Assembly: GCA_040326115.1 (NCBI GenBank)
Contig: JBEQLD010000001.1
Coordinates: 64 to 64,063, forward strand
DNA: 64,000 nucleotides
Direction: 5' to 3'
From: Mariprofundaceae bacterium
Lineage (GTDB): Bacteria > Pseudomonadota > Zetaproteobacteria > Mariprofundales > Mariprofundaceae
Shown: in pieces, positions 46,639 through 55,614 of the stretch
How positions within the stretch are numbered: position 1 is the first letter of the stretch
Layout: each line of letters begins with the position of its first letter
Program-made: the position numbers and the translations under genes
Notes under the pieces: model-generated
The model's input: only the letters and a program-made list of their open reading frames with translations
Told to the model about the DNA's origin: nothing
The model's database searches: none

Positions 46639-48176
46639 AGCCGCATCCTCCGATCCTCTTTGTCATGCAGCGCATCGACAGCAATATCGAAATCACTCCA
46701 TTCAAAGCGGTGATCTTCGATCTCCATATAGGCTTCATGACCTTTGCCCGCTATCACAAGCAGATCACCCGGAAGCATGGCATCAATCGCTTGGTTGATG
46801 GCCTGTTTACGATCAAGCTCAAGTGAAACATCGGCCGGATAGGGTTTAGGCATACCATTTTCAATTTCTGACGCGATCAGTTCCGGAGCTTCGTTGCGCG
46901 GGTTGTCTGAAGTGATCCAGACAACATCTGCCATGGTCACTGCCGCATGACCCATTTCAGGCCTCTTTTCCCTGTCACGATTGCCACCGCAGCCAAAAAC
47001 CACCATCAGACGATTGCGGGCTAGATTGCGAGCGGTTTCCAGGCAGCGCGAGAGTGCTTCCGGCGTATGGGCGTAATCGATGAAGACCTGCCAGCGTCCA
47101 ATATCCAGTGATTGCATGCGCCCGGGCGGGGTACTGATGCCATCCAGGATTTTTGAGAGGTCTTCAAATTTAACGTTAAAGCGAACCATCAATGTCAAAG
47201 CCACCGCTGCGAGATTTTCAGCATGAAATTCCCCAACTGGAATATCTTCGATGCGTATCTCTTCACCCTGATAGGAGAAACGGACCATGCCGGGAAGTTC
47301 CTGTTCCCATGTCAGGTCGATGTTATCACCAGCAGATTCATTGGCGGCCTGGTTGTTCGATTGGTTAGAATAGAGGCCATGCGCATACCAGTGTGTAGCG
47401 GTATGGCTTCTGGCCATCAATTTTCGGATGGTTTTGTCATCTGCATTACAGATGGCTATGCCGCCCTGCTCAACTGTTTGAATAATGAAACTCTCTTTGA
47501 GGGTGGCATAAGAATCGAAACCACCGTGATCCTGCAAATGGTCATGACCCAGATTCGTCCAGATGGCTGTATTCATAGGCAGCGCTGCGATGCGTTTCTG
47601 CTCAATGCCGTGAGATGAAACTTCCATCACCAGAGCATCCACACCCTCTTTCATAGCGCACTGCATGAGCTGGTGCGATGTCATCAGTGAAGGCGTGGTA
47701 TTGCCAATATCTGATATGTCCGAGTCGCCCCGAACAAGTCCAAGCGTTCCTGTTGACCAGGCCAGATCAAAATGACGGGAGAGTGCTTCGCGCAGCATCC
47801 AGGCGACACTTGTCTTTCCATCGGTGCCTGTAATACCTACGCAGTCGATATTAAATGATTCAGTACCCAGAAGTTTACGCAGCATTTTTCCAACCGCGTC
47901 CATATCCGGGAGCTGCAATAGAGGCAGGTCGGTGTTGAGTGACTTTGCGACTGTAATCACGGCTGTGGCACCATTTTCCATCGCTTTGCGTGTAAATAGT
48001 TCCGCATCGGTCGCTGTGCGAGGCATGCAGAGGAACGCATCACCGGGCTGAATCTGGCGAGAATCATCACAGACACCGGAGATGGTGACATCGGAAGAGG
48101 GCTGAATATCAGAGATATCAGAAAGTAGAAGTGATCTGAATTCGATTCTGGATGTCGGCATCGTTGTTTTATTCAT
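46629..48176 (-). CDS. murE: UDP-N-acetylmuramoyl-L-alanyl-D-glutamate--2,6-diaminopimelate ligase MurE
   Basis: ITGTDGKTSVAWM, DYAHTPEAL and the DNPRNE motif typical of meso-DAP-adding MurE. I use the ATG at 48176 (MNKTTMPTS); the track start at 48257 lies inside ftsI. Confidence 0.92.
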   Translation of the reverse strand: MNKTTMPTSRIEFRSLLLSDISDIQPSSDVTISGVCDDSRQIQPGDAFLCMPRTATDAELFTRKAMENGATAVITVAKSLNTDLPLLQLPDMDAVGKMLRKLLGTESFNIDCVGITGTDGKTSVAWMLREALSRHFDLAWSTGTLGLVRGDSDISDIGNTTPSLMTSHQLMQCAMKEGVDALVMEVSSHGIEQKRIAALPMNTAIWTNLGHDHLQDHGGFDSYATLKESFIIQTVEQGGIAICNADDKTIRKLMARSHTATHWYAHGLYSNQSNNQAANESAGDNIDLTWEQELPGMVRFSYQGEEIRIEDIPVGEFHAENLAAVALTLMVRFNVKFEDLSKILDGISTPPGRMQSLDIGRWQVFIDYAHTPEALSRCLETARNLARNRLMVVFGCGGNRDREKRPEMGHAAVTMADVVWITSDNPRNEAPELIASEIENGMPKPYPADVSLELDRKQAINQAIDAMLPGDLLVIAGKGHEAYMEIEDHRFEWSDFDIAVDALHDKEDRRMRLCA

Positions 48177-50043
48177 CAAGCCACACCTCCACCGTATCTC
48201 CCTCTTGAAGTGATGCGAGAGAGGCTGGTTTCTGGCGCGCAACCCAACCTGTGCCATGTGCGCGAAGCTGGATGCCTTTTGCTGATGCGACCTGTCTGGC
48301 TTCTCTGAGAGAGAGCCGCATCAGTGACTGTTTTGAAATGATGACTTCATCTGTGGCCGAGGCGTTCACAATGCCCCAGTCGGATGTTTCAATCTGTGTT
48401 GGTGAAACAGCAAGGTAGGGGAGAGCTGTGCCGACAATATTGCGGAATACCGGAGCTGCCACCTGACCGCCATAGATGGATTTTTGCGGCTCATCAATCA
48501 CGACAACCACCACCAGTTCCGGGTTCTCTACCGGGGCGATACCTGCAAATACAGCTGTGAATTTGTCATCGGCGTAACTGCCATCCGCACTTGGTTTCTG
48601 GGCGGTGCCTGTCTTGCCGGCAACCCTGTAACCGGTTGGAACAGCAAGGCCGCCGGTTCCATTTGAGCCTGTTGCAGCCTCAAGCATAGCAAGCACTGCG
48701 TGCGCATCTTTTTTAGCCATAACGCGTCTGCGTTCCTGTCTGTTGTCATCTGCCAGAAGCTTGGGCGCGACGTAATTACCGTCATTTGCTAAAACGCAAA
48801 AGGCCGTTGCAAGCTGCAACGGCGTCACCGCAATCCCTTGACCGAAGGCAATGTTGGCGGTTTCAACCGGCCCCCATCGCCCTATTGAGGGTAGGATACC
48901 GGGCGATTCACCACTTAATCCGATACCGCTTCGCTGCTTGAATCCGACATTAGTTAGCGTGTTGTAGAGACGTTCAGGGCCAATATCCAGTGCAACCTTG
49001 GCAGCACCGATATTACTTGATCGGGCAATCAGCCCGGTCATATCCAACCACCCCTCTTCATGATCATCATGGATGGTGTAGTCGGCAACCTGATAGGTGC
49101 CGTTTTCACAGAACACTTTGGATTCGGGCTTCCATTTCCCTGATTCCAGAGCTGCAGCAACGGTGAATGGCTTCAGTGTTGAACCGGGTTCAAATACATC
49201 TGTAATAACTCTGTTTCGCCACTGCCCCGGCTTGTATTTGCCAAAGCTGTTGGGATTGAAGCCCGGCCAGTTGGCCATGGCTACGATCGCGCCATCTTTC
49301 GGACGCATCACAACCACTGATCCGCCTTTGGCATTCTGTCTGCGCACACCATCGGCAAGTGCGGCATAGGCAATGCTCTGAATGGTGCTGTCGAGTGATA
49401 GACGAAGAGGCTTGCCAATTTCCGGCTCTTTTAACCAGATTGCGCCGGGAAGTGACTGGCCGCGAGCATCGCGCCGTACCTGGCGAATCCCCGGCTGGCC
49501 GGCAAGTGCAGTGTTGAAATTGCGTTCAACACCTTCAAGACCGTCACCATCAATACCTACAAAACCCAACAGATGGCCGATTTCAGGGCCAAGCGGGTGA
49601 TAGCGGCGCCACTCATTTTCCTGACGTACACCTTCAATGTTCAGCGCCATAACTTTTTCGGCAGTGGCGGGGGATACCTGACGTGATAACCAGACAAACC
49701 CGTGTTTTTTCAGGAGTTTCGCCTTTAATTTTTTCGCATCAAGACCAAGTGCCTGAGCCAGTTCGGAAATTCTCTCTTCAGGAATTTCACGTGCAATCGC
49801 TGCAATGGAGGGCACTTCAATGCTTTTCGCAAGTGTGCGCCCTTTCACATCAAGAATAGGCCCGCGTGGCGCAACCGTTTCATATTGACGAAATCTCTGT
49901 TTGTCCGCCGCGCTCTTAAGCTCTTCTGCCTGAATCCAGTGTAGATCAACTGCACGAATTCCCAGCATCAGGAAGCCGACAGCCATCAGTCCTGCCACAG
50001 CCTCAAGACGGCGGCGGATGAAGATGTTTTTTTGATCGCTCAT
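48169..50043 (-). CDS. ftsI: Peptidoglycan D,D-transpeptidase FtsI (PBP3)
   Basis: N-terminal TM helix, STLKP (SxxK), SSN and KTGTA motifs. ATGA overlap with ftsL. Confidence 0.93.
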   Translation of the reverse strand: MSDQKNIFIRRRLEAVAGLMAVGFLMLGIRAVDLHWIQAEELKSAADKQRFRQYETVAPRGPILDVKGRTLAKSIEVPSIAAIAREIPEERISELAQALGLDAKKLKAKLLKKHGFVWLSRQVSPATAEKVMALNIEGVRQENEWRRYHPLGPEIGHLLGFVGIDGDGLEGVERNFNTALAGQPGIRQVRRDARGQSLPGAIWLKEPEIGKPLRLSLDSTIQSIAYAALADGVRRQNAKGGSVVVMRPKDGAIVAMANWPGFNPNSFGKYKPGQWRNRVITDVFEPGSTLKPFTVAAALESGKWKPESKVFCENGTYQVADYTIHDDHEEGWLDMTGLIARSSNIGAAKVALDIGPERLYNTLTNVGFKQRSGIGLSGESPGILPSIGRWGPVETANIAFGQGIAVTPLQLATAFCVLANDGNYVAPKLLADDNRQERRRVMAKKDAHAVLAMLEAATGSNGTGGLAVPTGYRVAGKTGTAQKPSADGSYADDKFTAVFAGIAPVENPELVVVVVIDEPQKSIYGGQVAAPVFRNIVGTALPYLAVSPTQIETSDWGIVNASATDEVIISKQSLMRLSLREARQVASAKGIQLRAHGTGWVARQKPASLASLQEGDTVEVWLDE

Positions 50044-50300
50044 GGACGAAGAACCTGCATCGGACGTGGTGGAGCCATACCGAGCTCGGATTGCGCAATT
50101 TTACGCAGACGTTCCGGCCGGGTCAGGCTGGCCAGTTCGAGGTTCAGCTTATGAATTTCACGTTTTTGTTCGCCCTGTGCTTTCTGGGTTTTGGAAGTCT
50201 CCAGAGAGGTTTCGTAGCGCATATGCGAAAGCCATACCTGACCTGTGGCCAGTATTGCGATCGATGCGACCGGGAGAGCGAAGGTTAGCTTGCTGTTCAT
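50040..50300 (-). CDS. ftsL: Cell division protein FtsL
   Basis: 86 aa with a single TM helix followed by a coiled-coil-like region. It sits in the canonical slot between rsmH and ftsI, with ATGA overlaps on both sides. Confidence 0.8.
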   Translation of the reverse strand: MNSKLTFALPVASIAILATGQVWLSHMRYETSLETSKTQKAQGEQKREIHKLNLELASLTRPERLRKIAQSELGMAPPRPMQVLRP

Positions 50301-51268
50301 TGTTCTCTGTCCAGAGGCACAGCCTCAGCAATGCGCAGCAGGGAGGATCTACTGCGTGGATTGGCAGCAATCTCATCTTCTGTAGCGCGAATCGGCTTTT
50401 TCTGAACCCAGCGCATGGAGGCAACACGCCCGCATACACAGATTGGAAACTGTGGAGGGCAGGTGCATGCGTTTACTTCCGATTCAATCAGATCACGGAT
50501 GCGACGATCTTCACCGGAGTGAAACGAGATCACGGCAAGACGTCCGCCGGGCTGCAGATGTTTCATTGCAGCCTGAACACCCGTCTCAATCTGGCTGTAT
50601 TCATCATTCACCCAGATGCGCAGTGCTTGAAAAGTACGGGTAGCAGGATGTGCGCCGCCATATCTGGCCTGTTTGGGCACAGCGTGAAAACATGTGTTCT
50701 CAAGATCACGGGTATGATTCAGCACGCCGGCTTTCAGATCACGCAAAATTGCTTTTGCGATACGTCCGGCATAACGCTCATCACCAAATTCACGGATAAT
50801 CTGAACAAGTTCTTTTTCAGATGTGCGCTCAAGCAGTTTGGAAAGAGGCTGGTCATGTTCAAAGTCCATACGCATGTCCAGAGGACCTTCGTGTTGAAAA
50901 GAGAAGCCGCGATCAGCCTGGTCAAACTGCGGAGAGGAGACGCCAAGATCGAAGCCAATGCCTGTCACCTTGTCCCACCCGGCGGCATCAATGGCCATTT
51001 CGAGAGACGCGAAGTCGTAGTGGAAGATTCTGAAGCGTGGGTCTTCAGTCTCAAGGCGCTTGCCTTCAGCCACCGCATCCGGATCACGATCCAGTGCGAT
51101 AAGCTGCCCTGAGGAGGAGAGTCGGTTGAGCAGCATGCGGCTGTGTCCGCCGCGGCCGAAGGTGGCGTCAATGTAGGTACCGTCCGGATCAATACAGAGC
51201 GCATCAATGAACGCTTCTGCAAGAACAGGAACATGTTCCTTATGGGAGTCTTGTCCATGGTTTGGCAC
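50297..51268 (-). CDS. rsmH: 16S rRNA (cytosine1402-N4)-methyltransferase RsmH
   Basis: HVPVL, DATFGRGGHS, DLGVSSPQ and SFHSGEDR motifs. The track start at 51292 is TTG inside mraZ. The GTG at 51268, 1 nt after the mraZ stop, gives an N-terminus of E. coli-like length. Confidence 0.9.
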   Translation of the reverse strand: MPNHGQDSHKEHVPVLAEAFIDALCIDPDGTYIDATFGRGGHSRMLLNRLSSSGQLIALDRDPDAVAEGKRLETEDPRFRIFHYDFASLEMAIDAAGWDKVTGIGFDLGVSSPQFDQADRGFSFQHEGPLDMRMDFEHDQPLSKLLERTSEKELVQIIREFGDERYAGRIAKAILRDLKAGVLNHTRDLENTCFHAVPKQARYGGAHPATRTFQALRIWVNDEYSQIETGVQAAMKHLQPGGRLAVISFHSGEDRRIRDLIESEVNACTCPPQFPICVCGRVASMRWVQKKPIRATEDEIAANPRSRSSLLRIAEAVPLDREQ

Positions 51269-51269
51269 A

Positions 51270-51704
51270 TCAGAAGTCCAGGCCACCGGCAAGCAGAAGC
51301 TTCTGAGCCTCTTCCAGCGCGGTAGTGCGACGTTCTACGTCCCAGACTTCGAAGTAGTCCGGTCCGCCAGCAAAAACAACCTGTTTACTAAGTGCTGCAT
51401 CCTTTCTCAATGTGGGTGAGACGAGGACACGGCCCTGCTTGTCTGGAGAGCAAGTGGTAGCAGGGCTGATAACAAATCGTTCATAAGCACGGACTTTAGG
51501 ATCGTTCATGGGTAGGGAGCGGACTTTCTGGAGAACTTTACGTTCCCACTCTTTGGGTGGGTAGACACGGAGGCATCCGTCGAAATCGCGGGTAATGACA
51601 ACTCGTTCGTCGTCGTAGAGGCGGCGCAGGGTTTCTCGGAAGCCAGCAGGAATGCTGACCCGACCCTTATCGTCCATGCTGACAGTGTGTTCACCTTCGA
51701 ACAT
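51270..51704 (-). CDS. mraZ: Transcriptional regulator MraZ
   Basis: MFEGEHTVSMDDKGRVSIPAGFRE plus a second SpoVT/AbrB-like repeat (DKQGRVLVSPTLR). The ATG at 51704 is preceded by GGAGAGG; the track start at 51731 is TTG. Confidence 0.9.
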   Translation of the reverse strand: MFEGEHTVSMDDKGRVSIPAGFRETLRRLYDDERVVITRDFDGCLRVYPPKEWERKVLQKVRSLPMNDPKVRAYERFVISPATTCSPDKQGRVLVSPTLRKDAALSKQVVFAGGPDYFEVWDVERRTTALEEAQKLLLAGGLDF

Positions 51705-51737
51705 AGATTGTTGCCTCTCCACCAATTGCAAGGATTA

Positions 51738-51794
51738 CCCACAAATCCCCACTTATCGCCAATATTGGACACATATGTGCCCTTGTCAACCCAC
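51738..51794 (-). promoter_or_regulatory. Candidate Pmra promoter with GTGGG (MraZ-box-like) direct repeats
   Basis: The minus strand reads TAGTGGGTTGACA-17nt-AATATT-GGCGATAAGTGGGGATTTGTGGGTAATCC. There is a TTGACA -35 and a weak -10. Two GTGGG boxes lie exactly 10 nt apart just downstream, and a third abuts the -35. Confidence 0.4.
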
Positions 51795-51930
51795 TAAGGC
51801 ATATAAATGAAGGGTGAAGCAGATCGGCACAGTCGGTTTTTTGTTGTAATAGATAGGCTACTTATAGAAATGGCCCCGATTTAAACGAGGTGGGGAATGG
51901 TGGAGGATTATTTATCAGGGTTTAATTACT

Positions 51931-51962
51931 GAATGTCCGCTTACGGCCAAAAGCGGACATTC
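51931..51962. repeat. Palindromic intergenic repeat, copy 4 of 6
   Basis: GAATGTCCGCTTACGGCCAAAAGCGGACATTC. This is the only copy not directly behind a stop codon. It lies 69 nt upstream of the PAS-GGDEF-EAL start and about 225 nt upstream of mraZ. Confidence 0.9.
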
Positions 51963-52031
51963 ATTTCCTTGATGGCCCTAATATTGCTTAAGGTTACAAG
52001 ATGAAATATCCAAAGTTTAGGTAGGGTCGAG

Positions 52032-53720
52032 ATGATAGAGTTAGATTCACAGTCGAAAAACGCCCTTCTCTCAGGGATACTGGAACTATCCGTTGAAGCA
52101 GTAGTTTGTGTGGATGAAGAGCAAAATATCATTCTGTTCAATCATGGTGCTGAGGATATTTTTGGCTACTCATCTGAAGAGGTTCTCGGAAAGTCTATTG
52201 ATATTCTGATGCCGGAAAAATACAGGGCCATGCATTACCAACACATGCAAAACTTTATTGAATCCGATGAAAACTCTCGACACATGAAACGCAGGGCGGA
52301 GATAGTCGGGCTTAGAAAAAATGGCGAGCAGTTTCCTGCTGAAGCATCTATTTCTAAAGTTCACGTAAATGACAAAGTAATTGTTACATCTATCCTGCAA
52401 GATATAACAGAGCGCAAGCAGGCTTATGAGAAGCTTGCCCATCAGGCAAACTATGATTCTCTGACCAGCCTACCTAATCGAGCCCTTCTTAATGACCGAT
52501 TAGAGCATGCTTTTGAGCGTGCCCGTAGAGACAATAACAAAGTAGCAGTTCTGTTTCTCGATCTAAATCGGTTCAAGAGTGTGAATGACACTCTTGGATA
52601 TTCAGTCGGTGACAAGCTGTTGGTAGAAGTGTCGGAAAGACTTACCTCTAGAATGCGTGAAGAAGACACAATTGGTCGATTGGTTGGAGATGAGTTTCTC
52701 ATCATTATGGAAGGACTGAACAGAGCTTCGGATGCAGGGACCTTGGCACAAAAGCTCGCCGACTCATTTATTGAACCGTTTATCATTGAGGGTCATGAAC
52801 TGTTTATGAGCACAAGTATTGGAATTAGTATTTTCCCGGATGATGGTGAGAAGAAAAGTGAGCAAATTTCCAATGCTGATGTGGCCATGTACCAAGTCAA
52901 AAAAGATGACAAGAACACTTATCAATTCTATTCACAGGAGTTAACCACTGCTGCAGTTGAACGGGCCACATTGGAATCTCATTTGCGTTGTGCCGTGCAA
53001 CGAAACGAGTTAATTCTCCACTATCAGCCACAGGTGTCGCTTAAGACCGGCGAAATTATAGGGGCAGAGGCTTTGGTTCGCTGGCAACATCCGGAAATGG
53101 GAATGGTTTCACCCGGCAAATTCATTCCCCTTGCAGAAGAGTGTGGGTTGATTGTCCCCATAGGTGAGTGGGTACTACGTACGGCTTGCAAGCAAATGGC
53201 TACGTGGAAGAGAAAAGGTTATCCACTTGATCTTATGGCCGTAAATATAGCTGGCCCACAAATCACACAAATTGATTTAGTTTCCTTAGCCAAAGATGTT
53301 CTTGAAGAAACTGGCTTAGAACCACAACACCTAGAGCTAGAGATTACCGAAGGATTTGTCATGCATAATCCCATACAAGCCATTCGTCTGCTTTATGAGT
53401 TAAAAAAGTTAGGGGTTGTATTGGCAATTGATGATTTTGGCACAGGGCATTCATCTCTGGCATATTTGAAACAGTTTCCTGTTGATAAGCTGAAGATTGA
53501 TCAGTCATTTGTGAAAAACGTAACTAATGACAAGCATGACGCCGCAATTGCTCGTGCAATCATTACTTTAGGTCATGCACTTGACCTGAATGTTATTGCA
53601 GAGGGAATAGAGGCAGAAGAACAACGGGACTTCTTGCATTCAGAGGATTGTGATGAAGGTCAGGGGTATCTTTATGGTCGTCCAGTAGAAGCAGAAGCAT
53701 TTGAGAAATTATTGGCATAA
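52032..53720 (+). CDS. PAS - GGDEF (degenerate, VGDEF) - EAL signalling protein, likely c-di-GMP phosphodiesterase
   Basis: 562 aa. N-terminal PAS, then a GGDEF domain with RLVGDEF preceded by REED (RxxD) five residues upstream. The EAL motifs are intact (EALVRW, ELEITE, DDFGTGHSSL, KIDQSF, EGIE, QGYLYGRP). Confidence 0.88.
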   Translation: MIELDSQSKNALLSGILELSVEAVVCVDEEQNIILFNHGAEDIFGYSSEEVLGKSIDILMPEKYRAMHYQHMQNFIESDENSRHMKRRAEIVGLRKNGEQFPAEASISKVHVNDKVIVTSILQDITERKQAYEKLAHQANYDSLTSLPNRALLNDRLEHAFERARRDNNKVAVLFLDLNRFKSVNDTLGYSVGDKLLVEVSERLTSRMREEDTIGRLVGDEFLIIMEGLNRASDAGTLAQKLADSFIEPFIIEGHELFMSTSIGISIFPDDGEKKSEQISNADVAMYQVKKDDKNTYQFYSQELTTAAVERATLESHLRCAVQRNELILHYQPQVSLKTGEIIGAEALVRWQHPEMGMVSPGKFIPLAEECGLIVPIGEWVLRTACKQMATWKRKGYPLDLMAVNIAGPQITQIDLVSLAKDVLEETGLEPQHLELEITEGFVMHNPIQAIRLLYELKKLGVVLAIDDFGTGHSSLAYLKQFPVDKLKIDQSFVKNVTNDKHDAAIARAIITLGHALDLNVIAEGIEAEEQRDFLHSEDCDEGQGYLYGRPVEAEAFEKLLA

Positions 53721-53722
53721 GT

Positions 53723-53754
53723 GAACATCTGCTTTCGGCCAAAAGCGGACATTC
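53723..53754. repeat. Palindromic intergenic repeat, copy 5 of 6
   Basis: GAACATCTGCTTTCGGCCAAAAGCGGACATTC, 2 nt after the stop of the PAS-GGDEF-EAL gene. Confidence 0.85.
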
Positions 53755-53846
53755 AATATGTACAAAAAACAGCATTGATATGCGATAGAAATTAGTTCAT
53801 GTATACTTAAGGTTCACCATATCCAAAATATGTTGCAGAGGTGAGA

Positions 53847-54824
53847 ATGTTTAGTTCGATTAAGAGAGGTTTATTTAACTCCTCAGGAAATCAAAACTCC
53901 CAAGCTAAAACTCAGAACATGTTTAACATTAATTTAAGCAAAAAAGACGGTGTTGAATCAGTACAAATCATCCCTACATCCAGCGACCTCAATAGAATCA
54001 AATTGTATCATGAGGGCATTGATAAAATTCCAATGCCCCCTTTATTATGGGATGAGTTTAATACCGCCGTTACTAAAAATGCATCCAACAATAAAATTTC
54101 TGCAATCATTAAAAGTGATTCTGTTCTTTCTGCTGAAATACTAAAGATAGTGAACAGTGCCGCCTACGGCTTACAAAAACCCATTAATGATATTGGAAGG
54201 GCAATTTCACATTTAGGACATACGTTTGTACGTAGTATTGTTACAAAACATTGCTTTTCATCAGTGTTCCCACCCAAGGGGAAACTTTATGATCTACCAA
54301 CCCTGTGGAAGCATGGAATGGCTGTCTCTGCTTTGGCAGAAATAGTAGGCAAGCATGTTAAAAATTGTGACCCTGCTGAAGCTGGTTCGATTGGATTGTT
54401 TCATGACGTCGGAAGAATGGCATTTAACCTATTTCCTGATTTAATAAGAACAGCCTATCTGGATTATGAAGATAAAGGTTATTTACAATTCGAATCAGAG
54501 CGTTTTGGATGCTCTCATGTTGAACTAGGCGAAGTCATGGCAACGCATTGGAAACTTCCAGAAAAAATAAAGCAGGGAATCAAGTTTCATCACCATCCAG
54601 GGTCTGAAGGTATCGAGGCAGTTCCTGAAAGTGTTCGACCAGAGGTGTTAGCTGTATTTCTTGGAGACCTTCTTGCGATCCATCTCTCTTTTCCAGGTGG
54701 AAATAATGGCAAGTTACTTCCTCATGAGAGCTATCAACATATGCTCAAGAAACCTTTGAATGATATCATGCATGAACAGGCAGTTAGCAAAGAGCTTTGG
54801 CGGGTTAATTGTATTGAGTTTTGA
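53847..54824 (+). CDS. HDOD domain protein
   Basis: ILKIVNSAAYGLQKPINDIGRAISHLGHTFVRSIV, GLFHDVGRM, and HVELGEVMATHWKLPEKIKQGIKFHHHP are HDOD-typical. The ATG at 53847 is preceded by GAGGTG; the track start at 53841 is GTG. Confidence 0.82.
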   Translation: MFSSIKRGLFNSSGNQNSQAKTQNMFNINLSKKDGVESVQIIPTSSDLNRIKLYHEGIDKIPMPPLLWDEFNTAVTKNASNNKISAIIKSDSVLSAEILKIVNSAAYGLQKPINDIGRAISHLGHTFVRSIVTKHCFSSVFPPKGKLYDLPTLWKHGMAVSALAEIVGKHVKNCDPAEAGSIGLFHDVGRMAFNLFPDLIRTAYLDYEDKGYLQFESERFGCSHVELGEVMATHWKLPEKIKQGIKFHHHPGSEGIEAVPESVRPEVLAVFLGDLLAIHLSFPGGNNGKLLPHESYQHMLKKPLNDIMHEQAVSKELWRVNCIEF

Positions 54825-54829
54825 TATCT

Positions 54830-54861
54830 GAATGACCGCTTTTGGCCGAAAGCAGACATTC
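54830..54861. repeat. Palindromic intergenic repeat, copy 6 of 6 (degenerate)
   Basis: GAATGACCGCTTTTGGCCGAAAGCAGACATTC, 5 nt after the HDOD stop and between the convergent HDOD gene and kdsB. Confidence 0.85.
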
Positions 54862-54869
54862 GAGTCTAA

Positions 54870-55601
54870 TTAAGAGGCGGAGATAATCTTCTCGGCACGG
54901 GCGAGGTCTTCCGGTGTGTCGACACCAATGCAGGTAAAGTCACCAGCATTCACAGCAATTGAGTAGCCGTGGTGAAGTACGCGAAGTTGCTCCAGTGATT
55001 CAACCTGCTCGGTTTCACAAGGTGTTAAACCCGGATAGATTAGCAGGAACTCTTTTTTATAGGCGTAGAGGCCTACATGCTGCAGAGGCCTGATATCGGC
55101 AATGCCGCCGGGGTTTCTTGGGAAGGGGATTGGAGCGCGGCTGAAATAGAGTGCGTGCCCTTTGGCATCGCAGACCACTTTCACTATGTTCGGATCATTG
55201 AAATCTTCATCGCTCTGGATCGGGTGGGCAAGGGTTGCCATGGAAAGAGAGTGATCATGGCGGAAGGGTTCGACCACGGCCTGAATGGCAGCCGGATCGA
55301 TTAATGGCTCATCACCCTGCACATTGATTACGACATCACAGTCAATTTCCCGCATCGCTTCGGCAAGGCGTTCGCTGCCACTGTTGTGATCAGCACGGGT
55401 CATGCGAACTTCAGCGCCATACTCTCTGGCAACCTCTGCAATGCCTTCATGATCGGTGGCTACATAGACATCACCGATATTGGCTGCTTTGGCACGTTCG
55501 ATTACATGGGCAATCATCGGTTTGCCGGCAAGTTCCGCCAGTGGTTTTCCGGGGAATCTCGTAGACTCGTATCTCGCAGGGATGCCGATGGCGATTTTCA
55601 A
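54870..55601 (-). CDS. kdsB: 3-deoxy-manno-octulosonate cytidylyltransferase (CMP-Kdo synthetase) KdsB
   Basis: IGIPARYESTRFPGKPL, NVQGDEPLI and GVDTPEDL motifs. TTG start. Confidence 0.9.
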   Translation of the reverse strand: MKIAIGIPARYESTRFPGKPLAELAGKPMIAHVIERAKAANIGDVYVATDHEGIAEVAREYGAEVRMTRADHNSGSERLAEAMREIDCDVVINVQGDEPLIDPAAIQAVVEPFRHDHSLSMATLAHPIQSDEDFNDPNIVKVVCDAKGHALYFSRAPIPFPRNPGGIADIRPLQHVGLYAYKKEFLLIYPGLTPCETEQVESLEQLRVLHHGYSIAVNAGDFTCIGVDTPEDLARAEKIISAS

Positions 55602-55614
55602 GAAAACAACCTCA

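Noticed and set aside
50042-51112. A 356-aa plus-strand ORF, the longest unexplained ORF in the track.
   Set aside because: It is entirely antisense to ftsL and rsmH, which both carry clear family motifs. The translated sequence is low-complexity and rich in Cys, His and Arg, with no recognisable motif, ribosome-binding site or signal. This is typical of a spurious shadow ORF on the opposite strand of a real gene.
50965-51270. A 101-aa minus-strand ORF starting at an ATG right after the mraZ stop, considered as a candidate alternative rsmH start.
   Set aside because: It is out of frame with the RsmH motifs (HVPVL, GRGGHS). The in-frame GTG at 51268 explains the junction.
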